Assembly: GCA_963575745.1 (NCBI GenBank)
Contig: CAUYUJ010000003.1
Span: 806,001-870,000, forward strand
Direction of reading: 5' to 3'
Length of the DNA: 64,000 nucleotides
Origin: Prorocentrum cordatum
Lineage: Eukaryota
Part shown: in pieces, positions 50,501-63,800 of the stretch
How the letters are laid out: each line of letters starts with the position of its first letter
Numbering within the stretch: the first letter of the stretch is position 1
Translations under genes and position numbers: made by a program
Notes under the pieces: generated by a model
Database searches by the model: none
What the model was told of the DNA's origin: nothing
The model's input: the letters and a program-made list of their open reading frames with translations, nothing else

Positions 50501-52046
50501 AGAACGTAGGCCAGAAAGAAGGCGAGAACAAAGGCGAGAACGAAGGTGGGAATGCAGGCGAGAACGAAGGCCAGAACGAAGGCGGAGACGAAGGCGGGAA
50601 CGAAGGCTAAGACATCATGACAAGAAAGCGTAAACGAGGGCAAGCACGAAGGCGGGAACAAAGGCGAGGACGAAGGCGACACCGACGGCAGGAACGCAGG
50701 CGAGAACGAAGGCGAGAACGAAGGTGAGAACGAAGGCGGAAACAAAGGCGACAACAGCGGAAACGAAAGCGGGAACAATCGCAAGAACGAAGGCGAGAAC
50801 GAAGACAAGAACGAAGGCGGAAACGAGGGCGGGAACGAATGCGAGCACGAAGGGAAAAACGAAGGCAGGAACGAGGGCGAGACGAAGACATGATTGGTTT
50901 GGGAAGACACGGGGATTGGTTGAGGAAGATCTGGGGGCATGTTTTGAAGACCCGGTTCGTTTGACAAGACCCGGGGGGTTGGCTTTGGAAGACCCGGTTG
51001 GTTTGGGAAGACCCCGGCGGTAGGTTTGGGAAGGCCCCGGGTTTGGTTTGGGAAGACCTGGTCGCAACATGTAATATTGGAAGGCCTGTTCGGTTTGGGA
51101 AGGCCCTGCCTCGTGCTTTCGCGCTTCGCGCTTCGCGCTTCGTGAAGCGGGAACACTGCTTCGCGCTCTCGCGCCGCCCTCCAGGGGAGAAGAAGAGGAC
51201 GAGGGATCGGAGCCGAGCCGCGAAGCGCGAAGCGCGAACAACTTCGCGTCCTCGAGGACGCCCTTGGCTGAGGATGGACACACCCTTCAGCAAGCCACGC
51301 ACATCACACCCAGCGGCTCGCACTGCGAGGCCGATCGCAATGCCACGACACTGTGAGACGAAGTCGGCACGAGGAGGAAGGAGGAGGAGACGAGGACAGG
51401 AGAGACAATGCGGGCCTGCCGATACGAAACACCCCGTAAACCTGCTTCTCCACGGGACCAGCTTTTCGTCGCGAGCCGGTCTTGGACAGTCCTAGGGACC
51501 TGTGGAAGGCTCAGGGAGGCCCGAAAACGGTTGGACGGAGCCCATTCTTAAGTTGTGTCCGAGCAGACGGGGTCGCAGTAACGCGCCACATCGGCAATGA
51601 ATCGGCGACGTTGGCGGTCGGCTTCCGCACCGAGCCGCATCGCCGGTGCATCGGATGCGGCGCGATCCTCCGACCCCATTTACGGTACTCTTGCATCCTT
51701 CCCTTTCGGCCCATCCTTGGCCGCCTTCGCTGGCCGCGCCCCGCCCGCAAAGTGTCGACAGGGCCTTCCAGGGTCCTTGCATCCTTACCTTACCATGCGT
51801 CCTCATCACACGGGTTGACTGTAGAATTTCCCGCAAGACCCGTTTGCTTCCATGCCGGCTCGGCGCTGCCCCCCTGGTTCCCGCCCGTGGGATTCCCCTC
51901 CGAGGGGCGGCCCGGCACATCCTCGCCGGACTCCGCCCGCGGCGAGGGGTCGGGCGAGAGCAAGGCGATGGCGCCGCCCGGCAGGCCATCCACCCTGGCA
52001 GGCGGCGGCTGCGGTGGAGGGCCAACGTCAAGTCGGACGAAATCCC
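47511..52046 (-). CDS. Cluster of candidate exons (frames ambiguous), partly paralogous to the 29970-40055 chain
   Basis: Unique islands with acceptor and donor signals at about 47511-47690 (GKRGLVAEWACFRLAT), 48121-48231, 49570-49690 (YCNDDFSCQHALFL), 49860-49977 (LAVSVDRTTRCQKPTP), 51263-51350, 51442-51499, 51789-51818 (AAG|gtaagg) and 51993-52046. I could not fix a single frame. Confidence 0.35.
47730..48075. repeat. Tandem repeat of about 21 bp (GGGTCTTCCCAAACCAACC)
   Basis: Seen directly. Confidence 0.85.
49065..50890. repeat. 12-bp minisatellite (GAGAACGAAGGC)n in two blocks (49065-49520 and 50108-50890)
   Basis: Seen directly. A unique island lies between the blocks. Confidence 0.92.
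50042..50107. repeat. Perfect 29-bp inverted repeat with an 8-nt loop
   Basis: GTTGGCAGGGACCCCCGCCATCAGAGCGG-tttctttc-CCGCTCTGATGGCGGGGGTCCCTGCCAAC. Confidence 0.95.
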
Positions 52047-53094
52047 TGCGGTCCAGGCGTCAAGTTCTTTTGACTTTCGACGGAATTGTATTTTTTCGCG
52101 CCGTCGGATTTCAGGGGGGGAATGGGCAGGCCCCGACCAGGAGAACAAGCAGACGATGCCGATACCGCCACCCCCAGGCCCGCTCCCATGGCGCCGCTCC
52201 GACTAGATGTCGAGAGGCGAAGCTATATTCGTGGCGGCGAAGAGCGGGTAGCTGGAGAAAGATGGAATGGCTCAATCACAAACGTAAGCACGTAAACATA
52301 ATCATGAACCAAACTGCGTGACCTGAGCAGGGACCGACCGTCCCGGCATTCCTACACGTCGGTCGGAAGGAAGTGGATGGACGCATGCAGTAGGAAGGCG
52401 GATAAAGTATATTGGGCCAAGGTATCCCCAGATGTCTTGTATTATACATAAAACGCGACCGAATAACGTCACGTGACGAAGCCTCGACCGCCATGCGAAT
52501 CGAAAGTTCGCCAAGCAAACCGGGAACACAACAAGAGAAGACCAACACTAGGCAAAATCATGCAATGGGTCGTGGCCTGAAAGAGGAACGGACGCGCAGC
52601 ATGCGTGAAGAAAGGACAAGCGAGAAGGAGAGAAGGGAGGCAATTGGCAGGGCGGGCGCGGCGGGCGAAAACCGAGGCTCGCTACGGCCACGCACCACGC
52701 CCACTCGGTAGGGCGTAGCGTGTGATCTGGAGAAGAGCTGAGGACCAACGACAGACCAACAAACAACTATATATGAAAAACAACGGCGCGCGCCATCAAA
52801 GAAGCTCGAAACTCGAACGCCGCGAGACTGAATGTGCACGACCGCGGCGGCGGTGAGTAACAATGACATGCACTCAAAACTTATGCTAAGAAACCCTCCA
52901 TTAAGAAATTGAGATCCAGCTTCGCTGAATTTCTTCGCCCTCTTGCGAGAGCCAGCTTTGAAACATGCAGTTTCTTAGCGCAGCGCGGCGCCAATGTTGG
53001 TGGTTTTGAAAAAGATTGCGCCGGTGATGATGCCGATTGCGCGGGGCCGGGGGGCTCTGCAGCAATGTATGAAACACAACAAGCAGGAACATGT

Positions 53095-56000
53095 GGAGAA
53101 AGATGTGGCGGGGGATCTGAACGAAGACCAGAGGAAAATCCGAAGGACGATCTGAAGAAAGATCTTGGGAATATCTACGGTAGAGGAAAGATCTCGAGGA
53201 AGACCCCGGTAAAGGTCTGGGTGAAAATCTGGACGGATATTTGGAGAAGATCTGGGGGGAGATCTAGAGGAAGATCTGGAGAAACATCCAGTGGAAGATC
53301 TGGGCGATATCCAGAGGAGAGATCTCGAGAAACACCCGGGTGAAGATCTGGGGCAATATCTGGAGGTAGATCTGGGAAACATCTGGAGGAAGATCTACAA
53401 GAGAGCTCTCGGGAAAGATCTGGGTGGTTATCTGGGGGGGGGGGGGCTCTGGAAAAGATCTGGGGGGAATTCTGGTGGAACGTTTTGAGAAAAATCTGAA
53501 CGAATATCTGGAGGAGAGATCTCGGGGAAAATCTGGGTGAGAGATTGGGGGGATGATCTGGGAAAGACCTGGAGGAAGATCTGGGGGAAGATCTGGAAAC
53601 ACATCTGGAGGAGTAAACGCGAAGAAGATCTGGGTGAAGATCTGGGCGAAAATCTGGAGGAAGATCTGGAGAAGATGTTGGGGAAGATCTGGGGGAAGGT
53701 CTGGAGAAATATATGGTGGAAGATGTCGGGGGCATCTAGAGAAGAGACCTTGAGGAATACCCGGGTGAAGATCTGGGTGAAGATCTACGGGAAGATGTGG
53801 GCGAAGATCTGGGGTCATATCTGGAGGAAGATCAGGTGAAATACCTTAAGGAAGATCTAAAGGACAGATCTCGGGGAACATCTGGGTTGATATCTGCGGG
53901 GAGATCTGGAGGAAGATCTGTGAGAATATCTAGGCAGATGAACTAGGAAGATCTACAGGATGATCTGAAGGAAAATCCAAGGAAGATCGATGAAACGTTT
54001 GGGAAGATCTGGGAGAAGATCTGGAGGGAGATCTGGGGGGATCGAGGAAGTTCCGGGGACGATTTGGTAGAACATCAAGGGAAGAGATGAAAGAAGAGCA
54101 GGAGACACATCGGGGGAATATCTACAGCAGAAGAGAGATATCGAGGAAGACCCCGGCGAAGATTTGGAAGAGATCTCGACGAAGATTGGGAGCACATCTG
54201 GGGGAAGGTCTGGAGGAAGATCCGGAGAAACATCTGGTGGAATATCTGGGGTATTTAGAGGAGAGATCTCGAGGAAGACCTGGATGAAGATCTGGGTGAA
54301 GATCTGACTGAAGATCTATGGGAAGATCTGGGGCAATACCTGGAGGTAGATCTGGAGAAAGATCTGGAGCAAGATCTACAGGAGAGATCTCGGGAAAGAT
54401 CTGAGTGGAGATCGAGGGGGGGGGGGAAGATCTGGAGGACGATCTGGGAGAAGGTCTGGGGAAGATCTGGGCAGATGAGCTAGGAACATCTACAGGGGGG
54501 TCTGGGGGAAGACCTAAACGGAAGATCTGGAGAAAAATATGGGAGAAGATCTGGAAGAACATCTAAGAAGATCCGGGGAAGATTTGGGGGAAGAGCAGAT
54601 GAACATTTGAAGGGCGATCTGGGGAATATCTACTGTAGAGGGAAGATCTCGAGGAAGACCCCGGCGAAGATCTGGGTGAAAATCTGGGCGAAGATTTGGA
54701 GAAGATCTCGGGGGAGATCTGGAGGAAGATCTGGAGAAGCATCTGGTGAAGATCTTGGTCATAGTTAGAGGAAAGATCTCGAGGAAGATCTGGGTGAAGA
54801 TCTGGGTAAAGATCTGGGGTCATCTCTGATCAGTCGAAGGAAAATCTGGAGAAAGATCTGGAGGAAGATCTACTAGAGAGATCTCGGGGAGGACCTGGGT
54901 GGATATATGGGGGAAGATCTAGAGAATATCTGGGGGGAACTATGGTGGAAGATGTGGAACAACATCTGAAAGAAGATCTGGAGGAGAGATCTCGGGGAAG
55001 ATCTGGGTGAAGATCTGGGGGGGGGATATCTGAAATAATACATGAAGGAAAGACCATGGCAAAATCAGCAGGAACAGGAGAGGAAGAAAACAAGCAGGAG
55101 GGAAGGATGAGGAGAAAGGAAGGAGGGGAGGAGCAGGAGAGGAGGAAGAGGAGGAGGATGAGGAATAGGGGGCCGCGGGAAGATCTGGGGGAGGACATAT
55201 GGGTGAAGATCTGACCGTAGATCTGGAGGACAATCCCGGAGAAGATCTGGGGAATATCTAGGCAGATAAACCAAGAAAATCTAGAAGGAGAGCTGGGGGG
55301 AGATCCGGGGAAGATCTAGGAGGATCGGAAGAAGATCTGCTAGAAGATCTGGAGGATGATCCGAAGAAGATCCGGGGAACATCTAAGGGAAGAGCCGGGG
55401 CAAATCTGGAGGAAGATCTGGAAGAAAATCCGGGGAAGCTCTAGGAACATCCAGGGAAGATCTGGAGGAAGATCTGGGGAAGATCTGGAGGAATATCTGG
55501 AGAAAGATCTGGGGCAAGATCCGGGTGAAGATCTGGGGGGGGTGATGTGGGGGAGATCTGGGGGAAGATTTGAAGGAAGATCTAGGGGCGATCTAGGAAG
55601 ACCTGGGGAAGATCTGGAGGAATATCTGGCGAAGATCTGGAGGAAGATCTGGAGAAAGATCCGTGGCAAGATCCGGGGAAGATCTGCGGCAAAATCAGGA
55701 GAAGATCTGGGGCGAGATCTGTAGGACAATCTGGAGAAAGATCTGGGGAACGATCTTGGGGACAACTCTCGGTGAAGATCTGGGTGGAGATCAGGGTGCA
55801 GATCTGGGTGAATATGTGGGGAAGATCTAGGGAGATCTGGAGAATATCTGGGATCAGATCTGTAGGAAGATCTAGGAAGATCCGGGGAAAATCTGGAGGA
55901 AGATCTGGGGGAGATCTCGAAAACAAATACGGATGAAGATCTGGGGATGATCTAGAGATCTGGGGAAGGTATGGCGGAAGCTCGGGGGGCAGATCTAGGG

Positions 56001-59000
56001 TGAGATCAAGAGGAAGGTCTCGAGAGATCTCAATGAATGCCCGGGTGAAAATACGCGTGAGGATCTGGGTGAAGATCTAGGGGAAGATCTGGGCGAAGAG
56101 CCGATGTGATATCTGAAGGAAGATCTGGAGAAAGATCTGGAGGAAGATCTAGAGGAGAGAGATCGGAGAAGGTCTGGGGGAAGGTCTGGGGAAGATCTGG
56201 GGGGAATTCCGATGGAAGGTTGAGAGAAAATCTAAAATGGAATATCTGGAGGAAAGATTTCGGGGAAACTGTGGATGAAGATCTGGAGGAAGATCTGGGA
56301 AACATCTGGAGAAAGATCTGGAGGAAGATCTGGAGACACATCTGGAGGAAATAGCTCGAGGAAGATCTGGGTGAATATCTGGTTGAATATCTGGAGGAAG
56401 ATCTGGAGAAAATGTGGGGGAAGATCTGGGGCACGATCTGGAGAAACATCCGGTGGGGGATCTGGAGAAGAGATCTTGGGAAAGATCTGGACGAAGATCT
56501 GGGTGAAGATCTTGGAGGAGATGTGGACGAAGACCTGGGGGCAGATCTGGAGGAACATCTGAAGGAGAGATCTGATGGGAGATTTGGAGGATAGATCTCG
56601 GGGAAAGTTTGGGTGAAGGTCTGGGGGAAGATCTGGAGAAGATCTGGCGCAAAATCTGGAGAACAATCTGGGGAGATATATGGAGGAGAGATTTCGGTGA
56701 AGATCTGGGTAAAGATCTGGGTGACGTTCTGGGGTGGTATCACAAATAATGTATGAAGGAAGATGTTGGGTAAGATCTGGGTGAAGATCTGGGGGGAAAT
56801 CTGGGGAAGATCTAGGCAGATGAACTAGGAAGATGTGTGGGAACATCTGGAGAAGATCTGGGGCAAGATCTGGAAGAAGATCTTGAGAAAGATCTGCATG
56901 AAGAAATGGAGGAGAACTCTCGATGAAGACCTGGGTGAAGATATGAGTGAAGATCTGGGGTATTATCTGCACAGATGAACTAGCAACATATAGAAAAAGA
57001 TCAGGGTGAAGATTTGGGGGAATATCGAAGAAAGATCTGGGGCAAGAGATGGAGGCAGATCAGGAGAAACACCTGGGGAAAAAAAAACATCTGAAGGTGA
57101 GATCTCGCTGAAGACCTGGGAAAATCTGGAGGAAAATATGCAAAACAGATCTGAATGAGGGATCTCGGTGAAGATATGGTTGAAGATCTGGGAACAGATC
57201 AGAAATAATATATGAAGCAATCGCCGGGTGAAGATCTGGGTTAATATCTAGGCAGATGAACTAGGTAGATCTATACGAAGATCTGGAGGAAGATCTAGGG
57301 GAAGTTCTGGATAAGACCTGGGGCAAGATCTAAATGAAGATATGGAGAAAGATCCAGGGGAAGATCTGGAGAAGAGATCTCGGTGAAGATCTTGGTGAAG
57401 ATCTGGGATAATATCTCAAAGCGTATATGAAGGAAAGTCTGGGTGAAGAGATGGGTGGAAATCTGAGTGAAAATATAGGGGAGATCGAGGCAGATGAACT
57501 AAGAAGATCTAGAGACAGACATGGAGGAGCATCTGGGGGAAGGTCAGGAGAAGATCCGGGGCAACATCTGGAGGAAACTCTGGAGAAGGATGTGGGAGAA
57601 GATATGGAGGGGAGATCTTGGTGAAGGTCTTGGTGAAGAGCTGGGGTCATATCTGAAAGAATCTACGAAGGAACATCTGCATGAAGATCTGCGCGAAGAT
57701 TTTGGCAAAGATCTAGGTGGGAGAAGATCAGGGCAAGATCGAGACAGATGAACTAGGAAGATCTAAAGAAAGATATGGAGGAATATCTGGAGGAAGATCT
57801 GGAGAAGATCAGGGGCAAGATCAGGAGGAGAGATCTCGGTGAAGATCTGGGTAAAGATCTGTGAGAAGATCCGAGGTAGCATCTTTCAGAATATATGAAG
57901 GGAGATCTGGGTGAAGATCTGGGTGGAGTTCTGAATGAGGATCTGGGCGAAGATCTGGGTGAAGATCTGGGGAAGATCTAGGAATATGAAGTAGGAGGAT
58001 CTAGAGGAAGATCTTGAGCACCATCTGGAGAAGAGCTGGGGCAAGATCTGGAGGAATATCTGGAGAAAGATCCGGTGGATGATCTGGAGGAGAGATCTCG
58101 GTGAAGATCTACGGGAAGCTCTGGGTGAAGATTTGGGGGAATATCTGAAATATTATATAAAGGAAGATCTGGGGCAAGATCAGGGTAGAAACCTGGACGA
58201 AGATCCGGGGAAGATCGAGGCCGATGAACTAACTAAGAAGATCTAGAGGAAGATCTGGGAGAAGATCTGGGAAAGATCTGGGGGAAGATCTGAAGGGAAA
58301 TTCTGCAAAACAGATCTGAATGAAGGGTCTCGGTGAAGATATGGTTGAAGATCTGGGAACAGATCAGAAATAATATATGAAGCAATCGCTGGGTGAAGAT
58401 CTGGGTGAAGATCTAGGCAGATGAACTAGGTAGATCTATACGAAGATCTGGAGGAAGATCTAGGGGAAGTTCTGGATAAGACCTGGGGCAAGATCTAAAG
58501 GAAGATCTGGAGAAAGATCCTGGGCAAGATCTGGAGAAGAGATCTCGGTGAAGATCTTGGTGAAGATCTGGGGTAAATATCTGAAAGCGTATATGAAGGA
58601 ATCTCTGGGTGAAGAGCTGGGTGAAAATCTGGGTGAAAATATGGGGGAGATCGAGGCAGATGAACTAAGAAGATCTAGAGACAAACATGGAGGAAGATAT
58701 GGGGGAAGGTCAGGAGAAGATCCGGGGCACCATCTGGAGGAAACTCTGGAGAAAGATGTGGGAGAAGATATGGAGGAGAGATCTTGGTGAAGGTCTTGGC
58801 TAAGAGCTGGGGTCATACCTGAAATAATCTACGAAGGAACATCTGAATGAAGATCTGCGCGAAGATTTGGGCGAAGATCTAGGTGGGAGGAGATCAGGGG
58901 AAGATCGAGGCAGATTAACTAGGAAGATCTAAAGAAAGATATGGATGAATATCTGGAGGAAGATCCGGAGAAGATCAGGGGCAAGATCAGGAGGAGAGAT

Positions 59001-59770
59001 CTCGGTGAAGATCTGGGTAAAGATCTGTGAGAAGATCCGAGGTAGTATCTTTCAGAATATATGAAGGGGGATCTGGGTGAAGATCAGGGTGTAGTTCTGA
59101 GTAAAAATCTGGGTGAAGATCCGGGAGAAGACCTGGGGAGGATCCAGGCAGGTGAACTAGGAAGATCCAGAGGAAGATCTGGAGGAAGATCTGGGGCAAG
59201 ATCTGGGGGAAGATCTGGAGAAAGATCTGGGGGGCGATCTGGAGGAGAGATCTCGGTGAAGATCTAGGGGAAGATCAGGGTGAAGATCTGGGGGAAGATC
59301 TTGGGGAGATCTGGGAGAAGATCTGGAGAAAGATCTGGGGATGATCTACGACGATCCGGGGAAGATCTGGAGGGAGATCTGGAGAAAAATCTGGGGCAAG
59401 GTCTGGAGAAGATCTGGGGCAAGATCTGGAGAAGATGATGGGCAAGATCTGTAGGAACATCTGGAGATAACCTGGGAAACGATCAGGAGGAGAGATCTCG
59501 GTGAAGGTCTGGGTGCAGATCTGGGTGAAGATCTGGGTGAATATCTGGTGGAGACCTAAGAAGGTCGGGAGAAAATCTGAAAGAAGATCTGGAAGAATAT
59601 CTGGGGAAGATATAAGCAAATCCGGGGAAGATCTGGAGGAATATCCAAGGAATTTCCACAGATCTAGGAAAGATCTGGAGGAAGATCGGGGGGGGACATC
59701 TAGGGGGAGATCAAAAGTAAGGTCTCGAAGAAGATCTGGGAGAAGATCCACAAGATCCGGGTGAAGATCA
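53095..59770. repeat. 6.7-kb degenerate 12-bp satellite (GGAGGAAGATCT/GGGTGAAGATCT)n
   Basis: AGATCT recurs about every 12 bp on a purine-rich plus strand. Internal higher-order duplication with an offset of about 1165 bp. Confidence 0.95.
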
Positions 59771-60609
59771 GGAAAAAATGCCAGCGTTTAGAAATTGGGC
59801 CACCTTTCGGGAAGTCGCTGCCGAAATTTCAGGAGTGTTGAGACCCAGCTTGGCGGGAGGGAGTTTCTGAACAGAAGATATCAATGTAACTAAGAATACA
59901 GGAGACACGAAAGAAGGGGGAGGAAGGGGGAAAGAGGGAGGGAATGGAAAAGATCCAGCGCGCAACGGACCGCAAATGGAAGGCACAACGCGCCGGCGCC
60001 ACGCCATCGACGCAGGCGCGGAGGATCGGCCGGCGCGAGGTCCGACGCGAAAAAAGGGCATGCAACAAAGGCGTAATAAACTACGTGCAATGGGCTACAC
60101 CAGGGAGGCGAACTGGCCCGAGTGGCGCGGCCCCGCGCGGCCCCGCGGCCGCGGAGTGGAAGCATCGGGCGGACTACGCGCACCAGGGGGATTGCCCACG
60201 CTGCGAACGCGTCAGAGGTGAAGGCGAGCTGGCCCATGTGTCCCGGCCCCGCACCCGTGGAGTGGGGGCGCAAGGCGGGCCCGCGCGCCAGGGGGGACAG
60301 CTGCTTACTCAAGCCAAAGTCCGCGCAATCGCGCAATCGACTGCAAAATGAATTGCGCGCCCCCGTCCAGCGCTGTACGCCACCTGGCTATTGCAGGTGT
60401 GCCAAAGCGCCGCTCACCAATGGCACGGCGCCCTGGAACTGAACCTACGGCGATTCTAGCGGCAATGCCGTCTGTAGAATGACTCGCAATGTCCGCGTGT
60501 TTGTATATGTGAATTTCCATCGGCATCGTGCCGCGCTGATCAAACCTGAACCACAGAATTCAATCTCCGAAGGCCTGCACCGTCTGGTCATACCAGGTCA
60601 CGCGCCCAC

Positions 60610-60678
60610 CTTCATCAGCGGATGGTGCGCCGCCGTGCCCTTCTCCGTGCACTCGGGCCTCCACTTCTTGTTATTCTT
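60610..60678 (-). CDS. Candidate 69-nt exon (KNNKKWRPECTEKGTAAHHPLMK)
   Basis: Acceptor ctccttccgaccag|, donor AAG|gtgggc, open frame with GC-ending codons. Confidence 0.55.
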
Positions 60679-60899
60679 CTGGTCGGAAGGAGAACTGCCA
60701 GGACGCACCCGGCGGGCGCGCGACCGTTGTTGAGCGGTGCCACAAAGCCCGATGCGCACACAGGCGGCGCCACGCTACTCACCCATTGTCTGACATGTCG
60801 AGATGGTGGCGATGATGACGATGATATACATAATTGTCGTCACAGCGATGAGTAATATTGGCGTATATGGCACCGTGACATCTAGAATGAATCTGGTAC

Positions 60900-63800
60900 T
60901 GTAACAACTACGATGTTGACATCATATGCCTAATATTGCCACCACTGAATGGATAAGTAACAAAACCGCCAACTGGGACAGTATCGCTGCAAGAAGGAAG
61001 ACGCACTGGGGCAGTGCCGCTGCAAGTGGGCGCTGGTACCCCCGCGCCTCCTGCTGGACTCGCGGTGGGCGGGCGTGAGTCGTCAGGTGCTGCTGGCATC
61101 AGCCAGTCGCCGTCATTGTCCCCGTCGCGGTCATGTCCTTCGTCGCAAGGGTGGCGACGCCAATCCAGGACTTTTCGTCAGACTGATGCGATGTGAGACA
61201 CCATGCGCTGCCAGGCAGCCGCGGCCCGCTTGGCGAGCGGCTCCCCTGGCCAGCCGATCCGCCGGGTCAGCGAGTGTCGCGGGGCGGCCCGTCGGCGCGG
61301 TGCTGGTCGTTGTCGCGGGCGTCGCGCTCCCAATAGTGGCGCTACAGGTTGGGCGCGCTGCCAGGAGGGCAGCGAGAGCATGTGCCCGCATCCCCTGTTG
61401 CAGTATTGTTCAGCTTGGTGTCCGACCAAGCGCTCTCAGCCAGGACGGCTATGACGTGCGCAGACATCACGCCGCACAATTTGATTATGCCCCGCGCGGC
61501 GCCCAATGTCAGCGGGCAGAGCTGAGCGTCGCGATCGCGGGCGATGGCGCTGCCCGTCCGCGTGGCGCGGCTTTTGTACTGGCCCCGCAGTGCCGTGCGC
61601 CATATGGTATATATTTCGTGGCACATGCGCTGCAACGGGTTGCCCAGCACGGTTGAGGCGTCTCCTCGCGCCCGCCGGCCGAAAGGCGCGGCCGCGTCGC
61701 GGGAGGCCCCCGTGGATATCAGGCAGTAGTGTTGGAAGGTGCTCGGGGGCCCTGTCGTAGCGGCGGCAGCTGCAACGCGCACCAAAACATCTAGCTTCTC
61801 ACGCCCGGTCCGGGCCAGCCTTACACGTGGTAAGAACACCGTCCGCCGGCGCAGGTGGCAACGGATATCGGGTGCGTGCCCTGATGCAAAAAGCTGAAGT
61901 AGCTCCGGCGCATACTGGGACAGCGTCTGCCAACCACCGCGCGCTTGGCGCCCTGAGTCATGCTCTGTACCAGATATCCAGGAAGCGGAGCGACGACCAG
62001 GGCCGAAGTGGCCACCAGCATGGCAAGTGCCAAAACAGCCAGTCGCCGTATCTCCTTTAACAATGGCGAATGCGCAATGCGCTGTAATCTGCCGGGGGCT
62101 GTATGAATCTTCTTCCGCTCGCGTTATGTGAAGTATTTCCTCTGCGTGCCGAAGTCGGCACCTAAGGCCTTCATGTGTTGTCGGCACCTAATGCCTTCAT
62201 GTGCGTGTTGGCCAGGTCGTGATCGGTGGAATCTGGTCGCACGTGAAAGGACTGCGTCTTGGCAACATTGGTACGCGAGGCGGTCACTGTCTCCAGCGGC
62301 GCACATTCAAGTTCCACTGCGGCCAAGTCTGCACGCGTCCTCGCCACAATGGCGCAGTCATCCGCATGTCGGGAGCGGCCAAGAGGGGGGTGTCCAGGAG
62401 GGGGGGGTGCAAATCATGACTGGCGGCACGTGCGGGGCCCAGCGGGGAGGCCAGGGACGTAATGAAATAAGAAGAGGCGGCATGAGATCAGGGGAAATAT
62501 CATGGCCCCCGCCATGATATCCACCCCCCCCTAGTCATCACCCCCCTCTTTTCCGTCCCCGAGCATGCGTGCAGAGGACCGTTCGCGGGCACCTGTCCCA
62601 AATGCGCCTCAAAGCTGGCATGCGCGCCGCGGCCACTCCCAGCGCCGAGGCGGAGCCCCCCTGAGGGAGGGAGGGCCCCGCGGAGATCGGCCCCGGAGAT
62701 ACGAAAGGACCATTTCCACCGAGCGGGTCTGGTGCTTCCACACATGCAGAATTCTGCTACTGACCGTAGCTGGGACACCCAACTCAGACCAAATCGCCGC
62801 GACGAGGGCGGGATCCACCCGGTCAAAGGCGGAAGGGTAACCCCAGCTCTTGACGCACAGGTGGCTGGCGGCATCGTCGCACCACGCCTGCTCTGCGGCA
62901 GCGTAACCAGAGCGCCGTTCAGGTGACAGGCGGTTGGCTGCCACAGTTTCCCCCGCTGCAGAAAGGATTGCTTTCGAGAGAGCCTTCAGACTGCGGCCCC
63001 TCATGCCACCCTTTTGGTTGGTTGTGTGGGGAATCTGGCAAGATATTATCCACCAACTGGCGAGTGCGATATCTGTGCCAAGCCCTGACCACGGCGCACG
63101 CCACAGCAATCGGACGCAAACGGTCGATCCGAGCCACGTCCGCGGCCTCGTCTTTGGCAAGATGTACCTGTCGCTGCTGCAGTAAGGCCGGGGGGCATTC
63201 CGATCGTTCGACACACGAATAGAGATTGATCAACTCGTCGAGTGTATAAACCGGCAACAAACATGGTTCGCATGGGGACCACTGGTCGGGGATAGGGAAC
63301 TCCCAACCATCGCCCGGACCATCCCTCGGAACTCGACCGTGCCCGGGGCCAGCGGATCGATCCAGGAACCCACTGTAGTAACCACATCCCGTCATAGATG
63401 GTCCTGTGAATCCTGCTGCGCCCGCGCGTCGCACTGGGCCTGTTCTATATAGTCCCCGTAGAACGCCCAATACCCATCTATGTCATTAACAATGCCCGTC
63501 GCCATACTGTTCCCGTACGTTGTCCACTGCGCCTTGGTCAAAAGATACAGTTTTATTAGTTCATACCGCTACATTGTTGTAGTACCCGACGCCGTCGCGG
63601 ACCCACGCAGCCATGCTCTTGCCCAAACAGTCCGCACCGACGCAATGCGCTCACAACGGCTCTTATCGATGGTCCTGCCCAAGGCAGTCTGCACGGCCAC
63701 TGCTGCACCACCACGGTCGCGAGGCAGCTCTCCGCCCATGACCCTCCATAGGCGTCGCAAATGTCGACTGTGCATGGCTACTGCTGTCGCAGACCCTCTC

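Noticed and set aside
51300..51500. Alternative spliced frame giving SWSRGEAVSWHCD (2OG-Fe HxD-like)
   Set aside because: The frame is ambiguous, a stop follows shortly, and no downstream oxygenase motifs were found.
48849..59764. Many repetitive ORFs (ENEG, PDLP, SSRS types)
   Set aside because: Translations of 12-bp satellites.
61433..61455. SL-like sequence on the minus strand (TCATAGCCGTCCTGGCTGAG) followed by a signal-peptide-like ORF
   Set aside because: It encodes VIAVLAE within the LINE reading frame just before the zinc knuckle, and has many mismatches to the SL.
61821..62063. Secreted or membrane protein ORF (RRLAVLALAMLVATSALVV)
   Set aside because: It is part of the post-RT region of the LINE.
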